From: Candidatus Latescibacterota bacterium
Lineage (GTDB): Bacteria > Latescibacterota > UBA2968 > GCA-2709665
Direction of reading: 5' to 3'
Assembly: GCA_965222075.1 (NCBI GenBank)
Contig: OZ244937.1
Location: forward strand, 2,400,001 to 2,464,000
Length of the DNA stretch: 64,000 bases
Within the stretch, counting starts at the first letter, position 1. Each line of letters starts with the position of its first letter. This document shows positions 58,553-64,000 of the stretch, in pieces. The notes beneath the pieces are model-generated. The model did not search any database and was not told where the DNA came from. It was given only the letters and a program-made list of their open reading frames with translations. The position numbers and the translations under genes are program-made.

Positions 58553-59956
58553 ATGAGCCAGAGCCTGTTCCACAAGATATGGGACGCCCACGCCGTCCGC
58601 CAGCTCCCCTCGGGTCAGACGCAGCTCTTTATCGGGCTGCACCTGATCCACGAGGTCACCAGCCCCCAGGCCTTCCAGATGATGCGGGAGCGCGGGCTCC
58701 AGGTGGCCTATTCCGAGCGGACCTTCGCCACGGTAGACCACATCGTCCCCACAGACATTAGAACCCGCCCTTTTATGGATTCCATGGCTGAAGAGATGAT
58801 GGAGGCCCTCGAAGAAAACACCAGAGCCTTCGAAATCCCGCTCTTCGACCTCAACGACGACCGCCAGGGCATCGTCCACGTCATCGGGCCGGAACTGGGG
58901 CTTACCCAGCCGGGAATGACCATCGCCTGTGGAGACAGCCACACCTCCACACACGGGGCCTTCGGAGCCATCGCCTTTGGCATCGGCACCTCCCAGGTCC
59001 GGGATGTGCTGGCCACCCAGTGCCTGGCCATGGACCCCCTCAAGGTCCGCCGGATTGTCGTTACCGGCACCCTGTCCAAAGGCGTCTACGCCAAAGACGT
59101 CATCCTCAACATCATCCGCCGCCTCGGCGTCAAAGGCGGTGTGGGCTACGCATACGAATACGGCGGCCCGGTCGTTGAGGCCATGGGCATGGAAGAACGG
59201 ATGTCCATTTGCAATATGTCGATCGAAGGCGGCGCCAGGGCCGGCTATGTCAACCCGGACCGGACCACCTTCGATTACCTGAAAGGCCGTCCCCACGCCC
59301 CTGCCGACGATGCGTTCAACCGTGCGGTCGCGTGGTGGGATTCGATGGCCTCCGACGACAATGCCGACTACGACGAGATCTTTGAACTGGACGGCTCAGA
59401 GCTGCAGCCCACCGTCACCTGGGGCATCACCCCCGGCCAGGGCATCTATGTCACCGAAAAGGTCCCTGATCTCAAAGACCTTCCGGAAGACCAGCGGGAT
59501 GTGGCCTCCGAGGCCTACGACTACATGGACTTCAAGCCCGGCACGCCCATTGCCGGCACCCCCATTGACGTGGCCTTCGTCGGTTCCTGCACCAACAGCC
59601 GCATCTCCGATCTGCGGGAGGCCGCCCGAATCGCAAAAGGAAAAAAGGTCTCTCCTCGGATCAAAGCCCTCGTAGTACCCGGCTCTCAGGCGGTCTGCAA
59701 AGCGGCCGAGGCTGAAGGCCTCCACGAAATCTTCCAGGAGGCGGGCTTCGAATGGCGGGACGCCGGCTGTTCCATGTGCCTGGCGATGAACCCCGACAAG
59801 CTTCAGGGCCGCCAGATCTGCGCCTCATCCAGCAACCGAAACTTCAAAGGCCGCCAGGGCAGCCCCACCGGCCGGACCCTTCTGATGAGTCCGGCCATGG
59901 TCACCGCAGCCGCAATTGCCGGCGAGGTCGTCGACATCCGGACCATAATGAACTAA
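58553..59956 (+). CDS. leuC: 3-isopropylmalate dehydratase large subunit
   Basis: [40 protein letters not shown]. Confidence 0.97.
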   Translation: MSQSLFHKIWDAHAVRQLPSGQTQLFIGLHLIHEVTSPQAFQMMRERGLQVAYSERTFATVDHIVPTDIRTRPFMDSMAEEMMEALEENTRAFEIPLFDLNDDRQGIVHVIGPELGLTQPGMTIACGDSHTSTHGAFGAIAFGIGTSQVRDVLATQCLAMDPLKVRRIVVTGTLSKGVYAKDVILNIIRRLGVKGGVGYAYEYGGPVVEAMGMEERMSICNMSIEGGARAGYVNPDRTTFDYLKGRPHAPADDAFNRAVAWWDSMASDDNADYDEIFELDGSELQPTVTWGITPGQGIYVTEKVPDLKDLPEDQRDVASEAYDYMDFKPGTPIAGTPIDVAFVGSCTNSRISDLREAARIAKGKKVSPRIKALVVPGSQAVCKAAEAEGLHEIFQEAGFEWRDAGCSMCLAMNPDKLQGRQICASSSNRNFKGRQGSPTGRTLLMSPAMVTAAAIAGEVVDIRTIMN

Positions 59957-59972
59957 GAAGGAATACAACCCC

Positions 59973-60569
59973 ATGAGCGCATCTGCTTCTTCGGTCACCC
60001 GAATCCCCGGTCGCGGCATCCCGGTCCGGGGAAACGACATCGACACCGATCGGATCATCCCGGCGCGTTATTTGCTCAGCATCACTTTCGAAGGCCTGGG
60101 AGAACACGCCTTCAAGGACGACCGCAAATCCAGCGTCCACCCCTTCGATGACCCCCGTTTCCTGGGGGCCTCCATCCTGATCGTCAATGCCAACTTCGGA
60201 TGTGGTTCCTCCCGGGAGCACGCCCCCCAGGCCCTGATGCGCTGGGGCATTAAAAGCGTCGTTGGCGAATCCTTCGCCGAAATCTTCCTGGGCAACTCGA
60301 CGGCTATGGGCGTCCCCTGCGTTACCCTGAAACGCGCCGACATCCAGGCCCTTATGGACGCCGTCGAGCACGACCCGTCTCAGGAGATCACCATCGACCT
60401 GGCGGACAAAACACTCTCCTGGAGAGGTGTGAAGCTCCCCGTCGATATCCCAGATGGCAACCGGGTACAACTCCTGGAAGGCGCCTGGGACGCCACGGGC
60501 ATGCTCCTGGAAGGCGAAGACGCGGTCCGGAAGGTTGCCGAGCGCCTGCCCTATGTTACAGGCTTTTAG
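59973..60569 (+). CDS. leuD: 3-isopropylmalate dehydratase small subunit
   Basis: DIDTDRIIPAR, NFGCGSSREHA. Confidence 0.96.
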   Translation: MSASASSVTRIPGRGIPVRGNDIDTDRIIPARYLLSITFEGLGEHAFKDDRKSSVHPFDDPRFLGASILIVNANFGCGSSREHAPQALMRWGIKSVVGESFAEIFLGNSTAMGVPCVTLKRADIQALMDAVEHDPSQEITIDLADKTLSWRGVKLPVDIPDGNRVQLLEGAWDATGMLLEGEDAVRKVAERLPYVTGF

Positions 60570-60620
60570 GCCCTCACCCCCCCAATCTTCAAATTCATAC
60601 ACCCTCGTCTGGAGGAACCC

Positions 60621-61685
60621 TTGTCCCACAAAATCGCAGTCATCCCCGGCGACGGCACCGGGCCTGAAGTGGTGGTCGAAGGCCTCAAGTGTTTGAAGGC
60701 CGCAGCGGAAAAATGCGGCTTCAAGTACGAAACCGTGGAATTCGACTTCGGCGGCGAACGCTACAAGCGCACCGGGGAGACCCTCCCCGACTCGGCCCTG
60801 GAAGAACTGAAGACCTTCAACACCATCTACCTGGGTGCCATCGGCCACCCCGACGTCAAACCGGGCATCCTGGAGAAAGGCATCCTCCTGCGCACCCGGT
60901 TTGAGCTCGACCAGTACATCAACCTTCGGCCCGTCAAACTCTACCCCAACGTCGATTGTCCCTTGAAGGACAAAGGCCCCGAAGAGATCGACTTCGTCGT
61001 GGTCCGCGAAAACACCGAAGGGCTTTATGCGGGCAGCGGCGGCTTTCTCAAAAAGGGCACGCCGGATGAAATCGCCACCCAGGAATCGGTCAACACCCGA
61101 AAAGGCGTGGAGCGCTGCCTCCGCTACGCCTTCGAACTGACCCGGAAGCGGAACAGGGACAACACCCTCACCCTCTGCGGCAAAACCAACGTCCTCACCT
61201 ACGCCTTCGACCTCTGGGAGCGGGTCTTTCACGAAGTCGGAGAGGCCGATTATCCTGACATCAAACGCGACTACGCCCACGTGGACGCCACCTGCATGTG
61301 GATGGTCAAAAATCCCGAGTGGTTCGACGTCATCGTCACCGACAACATGTTCGGAGACATCATCACCGACCTTGGGGCGATGGTCCAGGGAGGCATGGGC
61401 GTCGCCGCCGGCGGCAACATCAACCCCGAAGGCGTCTCCATGTTCGAGCCCATCGGCGGCTCTGCGCCCAAGTATACCGGCCAGGGCATCATCAACCCCA
61501 TCGCCGGGATTGCAGCCCTTCAGATGATGCTCGACACTCTCGGAGAAGAGGCGGCCGCAGACATCCTGGAAAAGGCCATCATCGCAGTCGCCAGCACCAA
61601 ACTGAAAAGCATGTCCGCAGGCCAGATGGGCTACAGCACGTCGGAGGTCGGAGACCTCATCGCCGACGCTGTTGTCCGAACATAG
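60621..61685 (+). CDS. leuB: 3-isopropylmalate dehydrogenase
   Basis: [38 protein letters not shown]; TTG start with GGAGG RBS. Confidence 0.93.
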   Translation: MSHKIAVIPGDGTGPEVVVEGLKCLKAAAEKCGFKYETVEFDFGGERYKRTGETLPDSALEELKTFNTIYLGAIGHPDVKPGILEKGILLRTRFELDQYINLRPVKLYPNVDCPLKDKGPEEIDFVVVRENTEGLYAGSGGFLKKGTPDEIATQESVNTRKGVERCLRYAFELTRKRNRDNTLTLCGKTNVLTYAFDLWERVFHEVGEADYPDIKRDYAHVDATCMWMVKNPEWFDVIVTDNMFGDIITDLGAMVQGGMGVAAGGNINPEGVSMFEPIGGSAPKYTGQGIINPIAGIAALQMMLDTLGEEAAADILEKAIIAVASTKLKSMSAGQMGYSTSEVGDLIADAVVRT

Positions 61686-61794
61686 CATCCGGTTTATGAT
61701 GAACGCAGAACCGCTTGGCAAGAGGGATCAACCCCTTTGACGGGTCGGCGATCAGAACCTGATCCCTTCCCGATGCTTTGCCAGGGAGACCCTT

Positions 61795-63411
61795 ATGTCT
61801 AATCTCGTACAGATCTACGACTCCACCCTCCGCGACGGGGCCCAGGCCGAAGGCATCTCGTTCTCCCTGGACGACAAACTTATGATCGTCGAAAGGCTCG
61901 ACGACCTGGGGGTGCACTACATCGAAGGCGGGTGGCCCAACCCGACCAACCCTAAGGACCTCGAATTCTTCCTCCGGACACGGGACATGGACTTCCAAAA
62001 CGCGAAAGTCACCGCCTTCGGCAGCACCAGGAAGGCGAACAATCCCCCCGAAGAGGACGCGATCCTCAACACCCTCCTTCAAGCCGGCACAGAGGTCGTC
62101 ACCCTCTTCGGCAAATCCTGGGGACTTCATGTCACCCACGTTCTGCGCACCACCCCTGAGGAAAACCTGAAACTGATTCAGGACTCTGTCGCCTATATCA
62201 GGGCCAACGGACGGGAAGTGATTTACGACGCCGAACATTTCTTCGACGGCTACAAAGCCGATGCCGAATACGCGGTCAACACGCTCTTAGCCGCACAGAA
62301 AGGCGGGGCCGGCATCCTGGTCCTCTGTGACACCAACGGGGGCACCCTCCCCCTGGAACTCCACGACATCATCGCTCACGTCAAGGAGCGGATCGCCATC
62401 CCCTTCGGTATCCACACGCACAACGATATCGGTGTGGGAGTGGCCAACAGCATCGTCGCCGTTGAAATGGGGGCCGTACAGGTCCAGGGCACCTTCAACG
62501 GTTACGGAGAGCGGTGTGGAAACGCCAACCTCTGTTCCACCATTCCAAGCCTGGAACTAAAACTCGGAAAACACTGTATCGGCCCTGAGAACCTCCAAAA
62601 AGTGATGGACTTCTCCCGCTTCTTGAGCGAGACCGCCAACATCTATCACGACCACAGGCAGCCCTATGTGGGAGAAAGCGCATTTGCCCACAAAGGCGGC
62701 GTGCACGTCGACGCGATGGTGAAGCAGCCTGCCACCTACGAACACTGCGCCCCCGAACGCGTGGGCAACCAGCGGCGCTTCCTCCTCTCGGAGCAGTCCG
62801 GCGGCGCCACCATCGCCGCCAAACTGGAACACCTGATCCCCGATCTGGACAAACGGCATCCAACGGTTCAGAGGCTGCTCCGGCAGATCAAGCAGCTCGA
62901 ACACGAAGGCTACGTTTTCGAAGGGGCCGAGGCCTCCTTCGAGATCCTGGCCAGAAAGGCCCTGGGGACCTACCACGACCCGTTCCGTCTGATCGGCTTC
63001 CGCACCATCAACCGGAAAACCGCGGAGGGCACCGAAGTAGAGGCCATTGTCAAAATCGAAGTAGAGGACAGGATTTATCACACCGTGGCCGAAGGCGACG
63101 GTCCGGTAAACGCCCTCGACGCAGCGCTGCGGCAAGCGCTGGAGACAGTCTATCCCGTGCTCAAGAAAGTCCATCTGGCAGACTACAAAGTCCGGGTGCT
63201 CTCCGGACATGACGGCACCGCCGCCAGGGTCCGGGTACTCATCGAATCCTCCGACGGCAAACGGGTCTGGAACACGGTCGGCGTCTCGGAAAACATCATC
63301 GAAGCCAGCTGGACCGCCCTGGTCGACAGCCTCAGCTACAAACTTTTGAAAGACGGGATCATCGCCGCCGAAAAAGCCGATCGTCCCAAAGCCGAAAAGG
63401 CCCTTGCATAG
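61795..63411 (+). CDS. cimA: Citramalate synthase
   Basis: YDSTLRDGAQAEG, YIEGGWP, FGKSW, YDAEHFFDG, GERCGNANL, AHKGG. Confidence 0.92.
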   Translation: MSNLVQIYDSTLRDGAQAEGISFSLDDKLMIVERLDDLGVHYIEGGWPNPTNPKDLEFFLRTRDMDFQNAKVTAFGSTRKANNPPEEDAILNTLLQAGTEVVTLFGKSWGLHVTHVLRTTPEENLKLIQDSVAYIRANGREVIYDAEHFFDGYKADAEYAVNTLLAAQKGGAGILVLCDTNGGTLPLELHDIIAHVKERIAIPFGIHTHNDIGVGVANSIVAVEMGAVQVQGTFNGYGERCGNANLCSTIPSLELKLGKHCIGPENLQKVMDFSRFLSETANIYHDHRQPYVGESAFAHKGGVHVDAMVKQPATYEHCAPERVGNQRRFLLSEQSGGATIAAKLEHLIPDLDKRHPTVQRLLRQIKQLEHEGYVFEGAEASFEILARKALGTYHDPFRLIGFRTINRKTAEGTEVEAIVKIEVEDRIYHTVAEGDGPVNALDAALRQALETVYPVLKKVHLADYKVRVLSGHDGTAARVRVLIESSDGKRVWNTVGVSENIIEASWTALVDSLSYKLLKDGIIAAEKADRPKAEKALA

Positions 63412-63415
63412 GTTC

Positions 63416-63454
63416 GCGCCGGGCTGCGGTTTACGACCTGCAGCCCGGCGCTTT
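63416..63454 (+). terminator. GC-rich hairpin between cimA and the aminotransferase
   Basis: GCGCCGGGCTGCGG...CTGCAGCCCGGCGC followed by only TTT. Confidence 0.45.
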
Positions 63455-63468
63455 CGCCTTGAGTGCCT

Positions 63469-64000
63469 ATGAAAATCACATCACGACGCATCGAGCGCCT
63501 GCCGCCCTACGTCTTTGCGGACGTCAACGCCCTCAAGATGAAGCTCCGCAGGCAGGGCATCGACATCATCGACCTGGGGATGGGCAATCCCGACCAGCCC
63601 ACGCCCGGACATATTGTGGACAAACTGAGCGAGGTCGCCCGCGACCCCAAGGCCCACCGATATGCCCTCCCCGAAGGCATGCAGGCGCTGCGCAACGCCA
63701 TCTGCCGACACTACAAGCGCCGCTTCGGCGTCGACCTCGACCCCCAAACCGAAGCCGTCGTCACCATCGGCTCTAAGGAAGGCCTGGCCCACATCTGCCT
63801 GGCCCTCCTCGACCCGGGCGACCTGGCCATTGTCCCCAACCCCGCCTATCCGCTACACCTCTACGGCGTGGCCATTGCCAATGGGAACGTTTTAAGCCTG
63901 CCCCTTCGGCCCGAAAAGGAATTCGTGCCCGAGATCCAGATGGTCGCCCGGGAGCTCTGGCCCAAGCCGAAGATTATGATCTTCAACTTCCCCCACAACC
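63469..64000 (+). CDS. Class I/II PLP aminotransferase (AlaC / LL-DAP aminotransferase-like), 3' end beyond the window
   Basis: Manual translation: MKITSRRIERLPPYVFADVN..K...GIDIIDLGMGNPDQPTP...GSKEGLAH...NFPHN. Confidence 0.88.
   Translation, partial: MKITSRRIERLPPYVFADVNALKMKLRRQGIDIIDLGMGNPDQPTPGHIVDKLSEVARDPKAHRYALPEGMQALRNAICRHYKRRFGVDLDPQTEAVVTIGSKEGLAHICLALLDPGDLAIVPNPAYPLHLYGVAIANGNVLSLPLRPEKEFVPEIQMVARELWPKPKIMIFNFPHN

Noticed and set aside
56980-61721. Long minus-strand ORFs (531, 278 and 606 aa)
   Set aside because: Antisense to leuA, leuC, leuD and leuB; a codon-bias artefact.

Overview
GC-rich bacterial chromosomal window with three zones. (1) About 2.1-15.8 kb is a decaying defence/toxin-antitoxin island. 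It holds remnants of a type I R-M system (hsdM, hsdS and a probable RtcR-like regulator), about eight TA modules in which the toxin is usually deleted and the antitoxin intact, an ABC-ATPase/TOPRIM-like (OLD-like) protein, a multi-zinc-ribbon orphan and an AT-richer sbcDC pair. (2) About 15.8-54.7 kb is accessory transport and metabolism. It includes ABC exporters, an OprB porin, a TonB receptor with a DUF4249-like lipoprotein, a divergent quinol-type NO reductase and a solitary attC-like cassette. It also contains a GntR(YtrA)-ABC-permease/LVIVD-TlpA operon with a perfect 32-bp operator and a ~31-aa repeat I do not recognise, an MjaI-like type II R-M pair, several oxidoreductases, a cold-shock gene and a Mo-hydroxylase. 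(3) About 54.8-64 kb is the housekeeping ilvN-ilvC-leuA-leuC-leuD-leuB-cimA-alaC cluster, preceded by an unusually long Leu/Ile leader-peptide attenuator. I saw no rRNA, tRNA, CRISPR array, integrase or transposase. All family assignments come from motif recognition by eye; no database searches or folding programs were run.
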